From an uncultured virus (IMG/VR IMGVR_UViG_3300034082_002584) (taxonomy: Duplodnaviria; Heunggongvirae; Uroviricota; Caudoviricetes): DNA of 64,000 nucleotides. The stretch is taken from IMG/VR virus record IMGVR_UViG_3300034082_002584, one strand, 5' to 3'. Under the pieces are notes generated by a model. It saw only the letters and a list, made by a program, of their open reading frames with translations, did no database searches and was not told where the DNA came from. The position numbers and the translations under genes are program-made. This document shows positions 26,632 to 37,324 of the stretch, one piece after another. Positions within the stretch are counted from its first letter, which is position 1; each line of letters opens with the position of its first letter.

Positions 26632-27423
26632 ATGTCAATAGATATTGAATTAATAAAAAAATTAGCAGGACTATTGAATATGAATTCTGTTGTTGCTAAT
26701 AATACACCTGCAGTAATTGAGCCAGAACAGTCTGCCCCATGCGGTTGTGATGCAGAAACAAGTGGTAGTAATATGCGTAAATTCATAGATGCTACTACAT
26801 TTGAAGAAATTGATGAAGAAGATGAAGATGGTGAATGGGCAAATAGCACTGATCATTTTGATGGTAAACGTCGCGATCATGGACAACCAACTGGTGCAGT
26901 AGTAGATACTAGCCTTCGTAGGCATTTAGGGGCAAAAGCAATGCCTGTAAGAATTGAAGAATCGGATGAAAATTCAGAAGAAGATGAAGAAAAATCTGCG
27001 GAAGAAGAATTAGATGAAGCCTTTGTTAATGAAGATATCAAAGATAAATTAAAAATAATGACATTGCACGGTATGCATACTACTGAGAGCATGATAGAAT
27101 CATACAAAAGACACAAAGACAGAACCAAAGAGCGTCAGAAACAACGTATTAAAAATAAAGCAAAAGATAAAGTAATAGCAACTGTTGGTGGTGGAAACCT
27201 TAAAGGAATGGCATCGGTTGAAGAAGCTTCTGTTCCCGTTCAAAAAGTTGCAAAACTTCCATCATTGCCAAATAAAAAAGCATATGATATTGAAAAAGCA
27301 AGCGAAACCAAGAAAAAAGTATCGTTGAAACCAGAACCTTGGAAAAATAAAAAAGAAACTAAAGAAATGGTAAAAGAAAGTGTCGATCTTATCAAGTTGA
27401 AAAAGAATGCTGGACTCCTTTAA
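26632..27423 (+). CDS. probable head-internal / scaffold-like charged protein
   Basis: LIKKLAGL at the N-terminus and LKKNAGLL at the C-terminus; acidic and basic tracts. Confidence 0.6.
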   Translation: MSIDIELIKKLAGLLNMNSVVANNTPAVIEPEQSAPCGCDAETSGSNMRKFIDATTFEEIDEEDEDGEWANSTDHFDGKRRDHGQPTGAVVDTSLRRHLGAKAMPVRIEESDENSEEDEEKSAEEELDEAFVNEDIKDKLKIMTLHGMHTTESMIESYKRHKDRTKERQKQRIKNKAKDKVIATVGGGNLKGMASVEEASVPVQKVAKLPSLPNKKAYDIEKASETKKKVSLKPEPWKNKKETKEMVKESVDLIKLKKNAGLL

Positions 27424-27448
27424 GGGGTTCAGTTTCTAAAGGAACAAC

Positions 27449-29005
27449 ATGCCATTAGTCAATGATATAGTAAAACAGCCAAATCGTGAGGAATTATTAA
27501 GTGCAGCAGAAATAAGAGAAATCGCATTATGCACAATGGACCCAAAATATTTCATAAAAAATTACTGTTATTTACAACACCCTACTAAGGGCAAAATGAG
27601 ATTCTTATTATTTGAATATCAAGAAAGATTAATTGATGTGTATCATGGATATAGAAACAATATATCCATGCTTCCACGTCAAAGTGGCAAATCACAATGT
27701 GCGGCTGCATATCTATTATGGTATGCTATGTTTAATCCTGATAGCACAGTATTAATTGCAGCACACGTTTTCCGTGGTGCCCAAGAGATTATGAGCAGAA
27801 TAAGATTTATGTATGAAAATATACCAAATTTTATTCGTGCAGGTGTCAAAGCATATAATCGTGGTAGTATTGAATTTGATAACGATAGCAGAATAGTTGC
27901 ACAAGCCACGACTGAAAATACTGGCCGTGGTATGTCAATTTCATTAGTTTATCTAGATGAATTTGCATTCGTTCCGCCTAACATTGCAAGTGAATTTTGG
28001 ACTTCTCTTTCTCCAACACTATCAACTGGTGGTAAATGTATCATTACTAGCACCCCAAACCAAGATAATGATCAATTTGCACAAATTTGGAAACAAGCAA
28101 ATAAAACATTAGATCAATATGGAAATGATAGCGGAATTGGTGTAAATGGATTTAAACATTATATTGCTCATTGGAATGAACATCCAGATCGTGATGAAAA
28201 ATGGGCAGAAGTTGAACGTGGAAAAATTGGCGATGAAAGATTTATGCGTGAGTTTGAATTAAAGTTCGTTGCATATGATGAAACATTAATCAATAGTATA
28301 TATTTAAGTAATATGAATACACAACGTGATCCTTACATGAAATTAGGCGAAGTTCGATTTTATGAACCAATAATAGATGGTCATATGTATTTGGTAGCAT
28401 TGGACCCAAGTTTGGGAACAGGCGGGGATAATGCAGCAATACAAGTATTATCGTTGCCAGATTTGAAACAGGTAGCAGAGTGGCAACATAATTTGACACC
28501 AATAAAAGGTCAAATTATTGCATTGAAAACAATATGTGATTACATTTATAATAAAGCACCAAAAAGTGAATTATATTATAGTGTAGAAAATAATACAATT
28601 GGTGAAGCAGCTTTGGTTACTATATCTGAAATGGGTGAAGAAAATATACCCGGCGTATTTTTAAGTGAACCTAAGAAAAAGCAGAGTGTTCGCAAATATA
28701 GAAAAGGTTTTACAACAACTCATAGTTCAAAAATATCAGCATGTGCTAAATTAAAACAATGGATTGAAACAGACAAAATGAATGTATCTAGTAAAAATTT
28801 AATAAATGAATTAAAAACATTTGTGGCTAGTGGAACATCATATAAAGCAAAACAAGGCGAAACTGATGATCTTGTAATGTCACTAGTATTAGCTATTCGT
28901 ATGGTATTAATTGTTAGCAAATATGAAGAAGATACTTTTGAACAAGTGAGAGAAACATTTGATGATGAAGATTATGATACACCAATGCCTATGGCATTTC
29001 TATAA
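27449..29005 (+). CDS. terL: terminase large subunit (T4 gp17-like)
   Basis: PRQSGKS, YLDEFAFV, ITSTPN, LDPSLG and DDLVM motifs. Confidence 0.95.
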   Translation: MPLVNDIVKQPNREELLSAAEIREIALCTMDPKYFIKNYCYLQHPTKGKMRFLLFEYQERLIDVYHGYRNNISMLPRQSGKSQCAAAYLLWYAMFNPDSTVLIAAHVFRGAQEIMSRIRFMYENIPNFIRAGVKAYNRGSIEFDNDSRIVAQATTENTGRGMSISLVYLDEFAFVPPNIASEFWTSLSPTLSTGGKCIITSTPNQDNDQFAQIWKQANKTLDQYGNDSGIGVNGFKHYIAHWNEHPDRDEKWAEVERGKIGDERFMREFELKFVAYDETLINSIYLSNMNTQRDPYMKLGEVRFYEPIIDGHMYLVALDPSLGTGGDNAAIQVLSLPDLKQVAEWQHNLTPIKGQIIALKTICDYIYNKAPKSELYYSVENNTIGEAALVTISEMGEENIPGVFLSEPKKKQSVRKYRKGFTTTHSSKISACAKLKQWIETDKMNVSSKNLINELKTFVASGTSYKAKQGETDDLVMSLVLAIRMVLIVSKYEEDTFEQVRETFDDEDYDTPMPMAFL

Positions 29006-29029
29006 ATAATACCAAATAAGGATAAAATT

Positions 29030-30322
29030 ATGGCTATAGATGTTGCAAAAATTTCTGAAAAGATTTTCAAAATAATGAAAGCATACGGACATCAATTATC
29101 TCTTTTCACAGATGATGGAAAAGATACACTTGATCCAACTGAGGCAAGAAGATTTTATTCAAAAGATAAAAATATTATGATAAATTTTGAAACTAGTGCT
29201 GAAAAACATATTATTAAAGTTAATGTAGGTGGTAATATTGATTTACAAGATTTAAAGCCGTTACTGGGTAGTGTCCGTAATTTAGCCAATCAACAGGCAT
29301 TGACATATTCTTTAAGAAAATTTGGTCACAATATTAAACCAAAAGATTTTGTCTATCAAGCTGAACAAGAAAAACAAATTTCTGAATCATTTTCTAAGCC
29401 ATATGGAACAATAAAAACTTCAAGACAAAAATTTGAAAATGCAACATTATATATTAGACACAGTAAAAAAGTTGATGAAGAAATAAGAGGAAGTCGTTCC
29501 CGTAATATACATGCAATATTTGTAGAAAATTCAAGTGGAGAACGCTTTAAGTTTCCATTCAATAATATTAATGCAGCAAGAGCAATGACAGTTCATGTTA
29601 GCGAAGGTGGTACACCGTATGATAATATTGGTAAAGGAATTATCCATCTGTCAGAAGAAATTGAAACACTAAAAAAATTCAAAAAGAAAAATAAAACTTT
29701 ACAAGAAACATCAGATGAATTTATTCAATATGTTTCTGAAAGAATAAACACAATTGGACGCCAATTTACTCAAATGAATAATCATAAAGGATATAGTAGA
29801 AATATCGAAACATTTATGACAGAAAATAATATTGATGAAGTTGATGATTCTATATTTGAAGAATTTGGTATAACTTTTAACGAAGATGAAAATAAATCAT
29901 TTGTATTTAATATAGCAAAAAAACTTAAAGAAGATAAAAAAACAAGTTCGCGAATAGAAGAATTTGTAAGAGATATATTAAATGGAAAAAAGATAGAATT
30001 CGCCCGATCATCATTTGATTCTGATCCAAGAAATCCAGATAATTTTGAATATAAAACAGAAGAGGCAAGACTTTCTGCATGGTTTGGATATTTTTCAAAA
30101 AATGCAAAAGATGAACAAATAGCTGATATTATGGCACAACTTAGTGATGACGTATATCAGTTAAATAAAAAACATCTAGACCTTGCAAAAAAACTATTGA
30201 CATCACTGATGAATGGTGCTATAGTTACATCACAATCAAACAAACAAGATGGTTTGTTAGAAAGCATTTCCCAAGAACTCGATGATAAGTTATCCACTAT
30301 TTGTGGAATTTATTTAGACTAA
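29030..30322 (+). CDS. hypothetical late/structural protein
   Basis: 430-aa ORF; TATAAATA at 29001; RSRNI...GERFKFP...ARAM...GGTPYD. Confidence 0.75.
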   Translation: MAIDVAKISEKIFKIMKAYGHQLSLFTDDGKDTLDPTEARRFYSKDKNIMINFETSAEKHIIKVNVGGNIDLQDLKPLLGSVRNLANQQALTYSLRKFGHNIKPKDFVYQAEQEKQISESFSKPYGTIKTSRQKFENATLYIRHSKKVDEEIRGSRSRNIHAIFVENSSGERFKFPFNNINAARAMTVHVSEGGTPYDNIGKGIIHLSEEIETLKKFKKKNKTLQETSDEFIQYVSERINTIGRQFTQMNNHKGYSRNIETFMTENNIDEVDDSIFEEFGITFNEDENKSFVFNIAKKLKEDKKTSSRIEEFVRDILNGKKIEFARSSFDSDPRNPDNFEYKTEEARLSAWFGYFSKNAKDEQIADIMAQLSDDVYQLNKKHLDLAKKLLTSLMNGAIVTSQSNKQDGLLESISQELDDKLSTICGIYLD

Positions 30323-30404
30323 TCTTGGTAAACCGATTTTATTAGTTGTTCGGAGAATACAACTATTTTTATCTAACACTTGACTAACACTTAGGAGAAT
30401 AATT

Positions 30405-31376
30405 ATGTCAACATTAGCAGAAATCAGAAAAAAATTACTAGAACAAGAGAACCGTTCAAAAGGAAATAATAGTGGATATGCAGATACTACACTATATCCA
30501 TTTTGGAATACAGATGTAGGAACAACAACTACAACTAGATTCCTACCAGATGGAGACGATTCAAACGTATACTTCTGGAAAGAACGTCAAATGATCAAGA
30601 TTCCTTTCAGTGGAATTAAAGGTGGAGACGAACACAAGCAAGTAAAAATTACTGTTCCTTGTGTTGAAATGTGGGGAGATCGTTGCCCAATTCATGACGA
30701 AATCCGTCCTTGGTTTAAAGACTCGGCTATGGAAGAAATGGCAAAAACTTATTGGAAAAAGCGTAGCTTTGTGTTCCAAGGTTTTGTAGTAGATTCTTCT
30801 TTAAAAGAAGAAAATATTCCAGAGAATCCTATTCGCCGCTTCTTGTTTACTTCTGAAATATTTAATATTGTCAAAGCAGCACTGATGGACCCAGATTTTC
30901 CTGAAATTCCAACAGATTATGAAGCTGGAACCGATTTCAAACTAGCCAAAACTACAAAAGGCCAATATGCAAATTGGACAACATCTTCATGGGCGAGACG
31001 TGAACGTAGCTTAACTGATGTAGAACGTGATGCAATTCAAACTCACGGTCTATTCAATCTTTCCGAATTCTTGCCAAAGAAACCCGGTGAAAAAGAACTT
31101 CAAGCAATCTTTGATATGTTTGAAGCAAGCGTTGATGGTCAACTTTATGATCCTGAACGTTTTGGTGAATTTTATCGCCCCGCTGGCATGGCAGGAATGA
31201 CAGACAATCCAAATAATAGTGAGGAAGCTGGAGATGAGCAATTGTCAAAAGTAAAACCATCACAAAAACCTGCTGCAAAAGTTGTAGAAAAGCCAGTTGA
31301 ACAACCAGTTGACAATTCTACAAAGCAAAGTGCCCAAGATATTCTTGCAGCAATTCGTAACCGTAAATCTTCATAA
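30405..31376 (+). CDS. single-stranded DNA-binding protein (gp32-like)
   Basis: RFLPD, PC...CP, YWKKRS and GTDFKL motifs; directly before uvsX. Confidence 0.85.
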   Translation: MSTLAEIRKKLLEQENRSKGNNSGYADTTLYPFWNTDVGTTTTTRFLPDGDDSNVYFWKERQMIKIPFSGIKGGDEHKQVKITVPCVEMWGDRCPIHDEIRPWFKDSAMEEMAKTYWKKRSFVFQGFVVDSSLKEENIPENPIRRFLFTSEIFNIVKAALMDPDFPEIPTDYEAGTDFKLAKTTKGQYANWTTSSWARRERSLTDVERDAIQTHGLFNLSEFLPKKPGEKELQAIFDMFEASVDGQLYDPERFGEFYRPAGMAGMTDNPNNSEEAGDEQLSKVKPSQKPAAKVVEKPVEQPVDNSTKQSAQDILAAIRNRKSS

Positions 31377-31390
31377 ATTGTAGATTTCTT

Positions 31391-31418
31391 ATAGTCAAGG
31401 GGTAATTCCCTTGACTAT
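31391..31418 (+). terminator. hairpin after the SSB gene
   Basis: ATAGTCAAGGG-gtaatt-CCCTTGACTAT. Confidence 0.6.
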
Positions 31419-31442
31419 CTTAATTATTAAATAGGAGAAAAT

Positions 31443-32546
31443 ATGGTAAAACCATTTGATATTTCGCGGTTGCGAAAAAGTTTAACTAAAAGTGTTCCGG
31501 GAATGAGTGTTGGGTTTCGTGATCCAGATACATGGATTTCAACAGGTAACTACACACTAAACAAACTTATTAGCGGAGACTGGCATAAAGGTGTTCCTCT
31601 TGGTAAAGTTACAGTTTTTGCAGGCGAAAGTGGTAGCGGTAAATCATTTCTTGCAAGTGGTAATATTGTAAAAAATGCACAAGAACAAGGTATTTTTGTT
31701 ATATTAATTGACAGTGAAAATGCACTAGATAAAACTTGGTTAAATGCGTTAGACGTTGATACATCAGAAGATAAATTGCTAAAATTGAATGTAGCAATGA
31801 TTGATGATGTTGCAAAGATAATCTACGATTTCATAAAAGAATATAAAGCAGACTACGCAGATAAACCTGATGCAGAACGACCAAAAGTATTATTTGTTAT
31901 AGATAGTCTTGGTATGTTGCTAACTCCAACCGATATAGATCAGTTCTCAAAAGGTGATCTAAAAGGTGATATGGGTAGAAAACCAAAAGCATTAAAGGCA
32001 TTGGTGACAAATTGTGTCAATATGTTTGGCGATTATAATATTGGATTGGTTGCGACTAATCACGTTTACGCATCACAAAATATGTTTGATCCTGACCCAG
32101 TAGTATCTGGTGGTAGTGGATTTATTTTTGCATCTAGTATTCTAGTTGCTATTAATAAATTAAAACTTAAAACTGACGAAAATGGGGCTAAAACTACAGA
32201 CGTTCAAGGTATTCGTGCAGTATGTAAAGTAATGAAAACTAGATATGCTAAACCATTTGAAAAAGTTGAATTAGAAATTCCATATAGTACAGGACTTGAT
32301 CCATATAGCGGAATGTTTGACTTTTTTCAAAAAGCTGAATTACTTAAAAAAAGCGGAAACAGATGGGAATACATCAGTGAAAGCACTGGAGAAGTAATAA
32401 AGTTATATGAAAAAGAATGGAATAGAAATACTAATTCTTGTTTAGATACAGTTATGTCAGAATTTGACCAACTTATTACTCTTTCATTGGGCAACAATGT
32501 CGAAACAGTTTCAGAAGAAATTGATGTAGAAAATCAATCTGAATAA
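31443..32546 (+). CDS. uvsX: RecA-like recombinase
   Basis: GESGSGKS, IDSENA, IDSLG and SGGSG motifs. Confidence 0.92.
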   Translation: MVKPFDISRLRKSLTKSVPGMSVGFRDPDTWISTGNYTLNKLISGDWHKGVPLGKVTVFAGESGSGKSFLASGNIVKNAQEQGIFVILIDSENALDKTWLNALDVDTSEDKLLKLNVAMIDDVAKIIYDFIKEYKADYADKPDAERPKVLFVIDSLGMLLTPTDIDQFSKGDLKGDMGRKPKALKALVTNCVNMFGDYNIGLVATNHVYASQNMFDPDPVVSGGSGFIFASSILVAINKLKLKTDENGAKTTDVQGIRAVCKVMKTRYAKPFEKVELEIPYSTGLDPYSGMFDFFQKAELLKKSGNRWEYISESTGEVIKLYEKEWNRNTNSCLDTVMSEFDQLITLSLGNNVETVSEEIDVENQSE

Positions 32547-32618
32547 AAAAACAACAAAAACATATATAGATGAACGGGATTTATTCCCGTTCATTTGTAT
32601 TATAAAGGAATAAATATT

Positions 32619-32849
32619 ATGATTGATAAAGAAATTAGTCTGTTCTTGGAAATATGGGATACTGTAAAAGTTTATATTCCAATTAAAGAAAAACAAGAAG
32701 CAGCACAACATGTTTTGCAAATGTTAGATGAATATGGAATAGATATAGAAGAACATAAAATTGAAATGTCAGATCACTGTTCTATTTTGGAGAGTGCAAT
32801 TAAAGATATTTTAGCTGGATATGATGATATAGAAGACGATATGGAATAA
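32619..32849 (+). CDS. small acidic hypothetical protein
   Basis: AAGGA RBS before ATG 32619. Confidence 0.7.
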   Translation: MIDKEISLFLEIWDTVKVYIPIKEKQEAAQHVLQMLDEYGIDIEEHKIEMSDHCSILESAIKDILAGYDDIEDDME

Positions 32850-32852
32850 AAA

Positions 32853-33311
32853 ATGAGTGGATGGCTACAAAAAGTTAGAAATAATATGAATACCATCGTA
32901 GATGCAATTTCATATTATGAAAAAGAAATCTCAGAAGCAAGAAAAGATATTAGTTTAGCAGGAAATGTTGAAAGAAATGCCAGAGACATGCCCGGAATAG
33001 TTGAATATAGATTTTATCAATTACAAGAGATAGAATCTATACTAGAATATCTAAATATTGAATTGAGAAAAATGCGTAGTCATTCATTTAAAAAATTCTT
33101 GGAACATTATAATAAACAATTATCAAGCCGTGATGCTGAAAAATATATTGATGGTGAACCAAATATTGTAGACATGACACACCTAATAAATGAATTTGCA
33201 TTAGTGCGTAATAGTATGCAGGGAATTATAAAAGCACTTGAACAGAAATCATTTTCTATTAATAACATTATAAAATTACGAGCAGCAGGTCTCGAAAACA
33301 TAGAACTATAA
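32853..33311 (+). CDS. uvsY: recombination mediator (UvsY-like)
   Basis: helical; RDAEKYIDGE and IIKLRAAG; context next to uvsX. Confidence 0.7.
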   Translation: MSGWLQKVRNNMNTIVDAISYYEKEISEARKDISLAGNVERNARDMPGIVEYRFYQLQEIESILEYLNIELRKMRSHSFKKFLEHYNKQLSSRDAEKYIDGEPNIVDMTHLINEFALVRNSMQGIIKALEQKSFSINNIIKLRAAGLENIEL

Positions 33312-33373
33312 ACTAGTTGACAACATACTCAGAATCGGTTTACAATGTGTTAAGCCTGATTCTGGAGTATACT

Positions 33374-34150
33374 ATGACCTGCAAGACACCAAACATCCCA
33401 CATACGTTAAAAATGCCAATGCCGAATAACCCATTTCGGGTTATGGATCATGTTGGCGTTTTGGGACTGGATTATGTTCTTGGTATTTCTGATGCAATTT
33501 ATACGGTGCATGGATACAAACAGTTTGTAGATAATGCATCAGAAGTTATATCAGTAATATCTTCCCTTGTTAATAACAGAGGTACTTCTTATTGTGTCAC
33601 TGATCCTGCTATCATGAAAGAACGTAGAGAATTCTTATCAAACGAATATGTGATGAAAACAATGGAAGGAAAACTATCACAGTTTGACTTATCATTCATC
33701 AACATTTTGTCTGATGAAAAGTTTGACGAAATGATGCGAGCAAATCCGAATAAAATAACTTTGTCTAATAATAGTTTCAAATCATTGGCCGCAGCATTTC
33801 CAAAAGTATATAAAGAAACAAAAGAACGCACATATTTCAATGATGTGATCAGTGAGGTTGCATCAAAAAGTTCATATGTAGGCGACTTGAAAAGTCGTTA
33901 TAATTTTAAACTTAAACTTTTATCAAAACGATTTGTGTCTGATAAGGGATTTTGGGTTGTCAATGCTCTTAACGAAGAAAAAGATATTGTTACATTTTTT
34001 GATGCAAAGGCAACATCTGATCCAACATGCGATTTATACAAAATTAAAGTAGGTGACATGTTTAAACTTAGAGGAACTGTAGTTAAGCACAATTTCTCAA
34101 CTTACACCAAATGTAAAGAAACACGGCTGTCTAGGATTGTTTATTCTTGA
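33374..34150 (+). CDS. hypothetical protein with C-terminal OB-fold-like domain
   Basis: GGAG before ATG 33374; promoter TTGACA-acatactcaGAATCggtt-TACAAT at 33317. Confidence 0.7.
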   Translation: MTCKTPNIPHTLKMPMPNNPFRVMDHVGVLGLDYVLGISDAIYTVHGYKQFVDNASEVISVISSLVNNRGTSYCVTDPAIMKERREFLSNEYVMKTMEGKLSQFDLSFINILSDEKFDEMMRANPNKITLSNNSFKSLAAAFPKVYKETKERTYFNDVISEVASKSSYVGDLKSRYNFKLKLLSKRFVSDKGFWVVNALNEEKDIVTFFDAKATSDPTCDLYKIKVGDMFKLRGTVVKHNFSTYTKCKETRLSRIVYS

Positions 34151-34208
34151 CATCCCACGATGATTCGCGTAATGTCACTTCATGACCAAATGAAAGGGAC
34201 ACTACACT

Positions 34209-35243
34209 ATGACTAACAAAGTTCGAATCCATGATGGCCGTGTTCGTAACATCACCATCAAAAACATGACGTTTGGCCTGATCCAAGGTCTTAAGACTGG
34301 CAATTCTGGTTCGTGGATCACGGTTGACCCGCGTTCTGCTGAAGGAACTGGTTCTGATGCGATCAAGGCTCTTGGTGCAACGGTAATTCGTGTCAAGGTT
34401 GATACCAATACTTGTTTTGAAATCTTCGATACTGGTTCTACGCCTTCCGCAGAATCTGCGTTTGTCGAAGAAATCGAAGAAACTGATGATGAAATCATGG
34501 AACGTCTTCGTGAACGGTTTGCAATCCTTGAAGAAATGACTGGTGCATGTGTTGATGGTACGATTCGCGGCATGGTTGTTGCAGGTCCGCCCGGTGTTGG
34601 CAAATCCTATGGCATTGAAAAAGTCATTGATATGGCCCATGTGTGCAGCACTATCGGAAACGGTGAAGCAAAGTTTGGCATGGAAAAGGGTGCGGCAACT
34701 CCGATTGGCCTTTACAAGATGATGTTTGAATATTCTTCTCCCGGTTCTGTCTTGGTTCTGGATGATTCGGATACCATCCTGTTCGATGATACGTCGTTGA
34801 ACTTGCTGAAGGCTGCACTGGATAGTGGCAAGCGTCGTCGAATTTCGTGGCGGTCTGAAAGCCGTGCATTGGAAAATGCTGGTGTTCCCGATAGTTATGA
34901 TTTTGAAGGATCGGTGATTTTTGTTACCAACCTCAAACTTGAAGCTGCACGGGGCAAGATTGGTGATCACATGCAAGCCCTTTTGTCTCGCTGCCATTAT
35001 CTTGATCTGACTATCAATACTACCCGTGAAAAATTCCTTCGTTGTAAGCAAATCATTCAAGATGGTATGCTTGCTCGCTACGGGTTCAATGAAGAACAAA
35101 AAGATGAAATCTTGAATTATGTTTATGATAATCAGGATCGTCTGCGGGAATTGTCGCTTCGCATGGTTTCCAAGATTGCCGACCTGTATAAGATGTCTCC
35201 TAAGCGGTGGAAGCAATTGGCGGAAAATACCTGCATCCGCTAA
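34209..35243 (+). CDS. AAA+ / P-loop ATPase
   Basis: GPPGVGKS, VLVLDDSD, FVTN and ALLSR motifs; promoter TTGACA-tcccacgaTGATTCGcg-TAATGT at 34147. Confidence 0.85.
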   Translation: MTNKVRIHDGRVRNITIKNMTFGLIQGLKTGNSGSWITVDPRSAEGTGSDAIKALGATVIRVKVDTNTCFEIFDTGSTPSAESAFVEEIEETDDEIMERLRERFAILEEMTGACVDGTIRGMVVAGPPGVGKSYGIEKVIDMAHVCSTIGNGEAKFGMEKGAATPIGLYKMMFEYSSPGSVLVLDDSDTILFDDTSLNLLKAALDSGKRRRISWRSESRALENAGVPDSYDFEGSVIFVTNLKLEAARGKIGDHMQALLSRCHYLDLTINTTREKFLRCKQIIQDGMLARYGFNEEQKDEILNYVYDNQDRLRELSLRMVSKIADLYKMSPKRWKQLAENTCIR

Positions 35244-35279
35244 TACCGCTTGACTTCTGGCAAAACTAATGCTAATATG

Positions 35280-35311
35280 TGGGGTAGCAAATAACTGCTA
35301 CCCCATTTTTT
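35280..35311 (+). terminator. intrinsic terminator
   Basis: TGGGGTAGCA-aataac-TGCTACCCCA followed by a T-run. Confidence 0.8.
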
Positions 35312-35353
35312 ATTTACAAATATGTGGCAAGGACAGGAATAACGAAAGTAATA

Positions 35354-36808
35354 ATGACAATAGCAAAAATAATATTAAAAAATGAAGTTGCTTGTAGTAT
35401 AAATGGTTTAGACTTGGACACTAGAAAAAAATTATCAGAGAAATATAGTTTTTTTGTTCCTCATGCCAGATATTCCCCAAGTTTCAAATTAGGACGTTGG
35501 GACGGTAAGATAAATTTCTTTTCTATAGGTGGAAGCACATATAATAATTTATTAGAAGAAATAGTTCCTGATCTGATCCAGAGCGGATACGAGGTAGACA
35601 TAGAAGACAATCGGGTTGCCGCCAATATAGGCACACTAGAACCAGTTGAACGAAACACATTTGCCCATATAATTTGGCCCGAGGGACATCCCTTTGAAGG
35701 CAAACCAGTAGAACTACATGATCATCAGATAAATGCGATCAATCAATATCTAGAAAATCCACAATGTATTCAAGAATTAAGTACTAGTGCGGGAAAAACT
35801 ATTATTACTGCTGCATTAAGTCAACGTATTGAGAAATATGGCAGAAGCATTGTAATTGTTCCCAACAAAAGTTTAGTTGAACAAACGTTGGCAGATTATG
35901 AAAACTTTGAATTAGATGTTGGTGTTTATTATGGCGACAGAAAAGATTTAGACAAAACTCATACGATATGCACTTGGCAAAGTCTAGAATCACTTGAACG
36001 GCAGAAGCGGGATGAAAAGCGATCAGATGCAGTTGAAGAATTTGTTTCTGGTGTATGTTGCGTGATTGTGGATGAGGTTCACGGTGCTGATGCAGCGGCA
36101 TTGAAGCGGTTATTATCTGGTCCTATGGCTAACATTCCGCTGCGATGGGGTTTAACTGGTACTATACCTAAAGACCAAGGATCACAAATGTCAATCAAGG
36201 TAAATCTTGGTCCGATAGTAAACAAAGTAAAAGCATCTGATTTGCAAGAATTAGGAATTCTTTCTAGTTGTAATATAAATGTATTACAGACACAAGAAAA
36301 TATTATTTACAGTAATTACCAAAGTGAATTAAGCTTTTTGGTTACTGATCCTGTTCGACTAGATTGGATGGCAGAAAAGATCAAAGAAATATCATGTAGT
36401 GGTAACACATTAGTTTTAGTTGATCGTATAAAAACTGGTGAAGAACTGGTTGCTAGAATAGAAGATAGTGTTTTCGTCAGTGGCGAGGTAAAGCAGAAGA
36501 AAAGAAAAGAAGAATATAAAGACATTAATTTAGGTGAAGGCAAAATATTAGTTGCAACATTCGGCGTAGCCGCAGTTGGCATTTCTATAACAAGATTACA
36601 CAATGTAGTTTTGATAGAACCGGGAAAAAGTTTTGTAAGAGTAATTCAAAGTATTGGCAGAGGATTACGAAAAGGATTTGACAAAGATCATGTTAATATA
36701 TGGGATGTTTGTGCAAATGCGAAATACAGTAAAAAACACCTTACTGAACGTAAAAGATTCTATTCAGACGCAGAATATCCTTTTACTATAAAGAAAATTT
36801 ACAGATAA
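35354..36808 (+). CDS. uvsW: SF2 DNA helicase (UvsW-like)
   Basis: WDGKI, TSAGKT, DEVH, GLTGT and QSIGRGLR motifs. Confidence 0.9.
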   Translation: MTIAKIILKNEVACSINGLDLDTRKKLSEKYSFFVPHARYSPSFKLGRWDGKINFFSIGGSTYNNLLEEIVPDLIQSGYEVDIEDNRVAANIGTLEPVERNTFAHIIWPEGHPFEGKPVELHDHQINAINQYLENPQCIQELSTSAGKTIITAALSQRIEKYGRSIVIVPNKSLVEQTLADYENFELDVGVYYGDRKDLDKTHTICTWQSLESLERQKRDEKRSDAVEEFVSGVCCVIVDEVHGADAAALKRLLSGPMANIPLRWGLTGTIPKDQGSQMSIKVNLGPIVNKVKASDLQELGILSSCNINVLQTQENIIYSNYQSELSFLVTDPVRLDWMAEKIKEISCSGNTLVLVDRIKTGEELVARIEDSVFVSGEVKQKKRKEEYKDINLGEGKILVATFGVAAVGISITRLHNVVLIEPGKSFVRVIQSIGRGLRKGFDKDHVNIWDVCANAKYSKKHLTERKRFYSDAEYPFTIKKIYR

Positions 36809-36823
36809 CAAAGGAGAAATAAA

Positions 36824-37324
36824 ATTAAAGTATTAACTTTAGAAAACACCACATTAGAAATAGATTATGTTCCTGAGCAAATAGATGATATAAGATATAG
36901 TGTGCTAGATTATAGCGATAAAAAGAATGCTGATTACATTTTTCAACCATTAGTATTCTTAGAAATATTTACATCACCAGCCGCAGTAATAAGTATTGGT
37001 CCACATGTAATAAAAGTTCCACTTGACTGGAGCATAATTATATGCGAAAGTGATGCAGGCGATCCAGAAGTAGTTCCTATTACTTCATTAAATGATCGTG
37101 GTTTTAGTGCATTTTGCTTTAATCCGTTAACCGGATTTTTGCCAGACTTCATGGAAATCAAAATTCTAAACATATATAACGAAGTAAAATGGTATATGCC
37201 GAAACTAAAACAAGGACATTTTTTATCAGTTCCGCTACAAGATAAAAATAATCCAATATGTGCATTTTTTATAAAAGAAACAGCAAAAGTTCCAGACGTA
37301 TTGGACATAAGGGATTTATGGTGA
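36824..37324 (+). CDS. hypothetical replication-cluster protein, probable ATT start
   Basis: frame open from 36809; AGGAG at 36812-36816, 7 nt before ATT; ORF track starts at GTG 36902. Confidence 0.7.
   Translation: MKVLTLENTTLEIDYVPEQIDDIRYSVLDYSDKKNADYIFQPLVFLEIFTSPAAVISIGPHVIKVPLDWSIIICESDAGDPEVVPITSLNDRGFSAFCFNPLTGFLPDFMEIKILNIYNEVKWYMPKLKQGHFLSVPLQDKNNPICAFFIKETAKVPDVLDIRDLW

Noticed and set aside
34131..35216. 361-aa minus-strand ORF
   Set aside because: Antisense shadow of the ATPase gene
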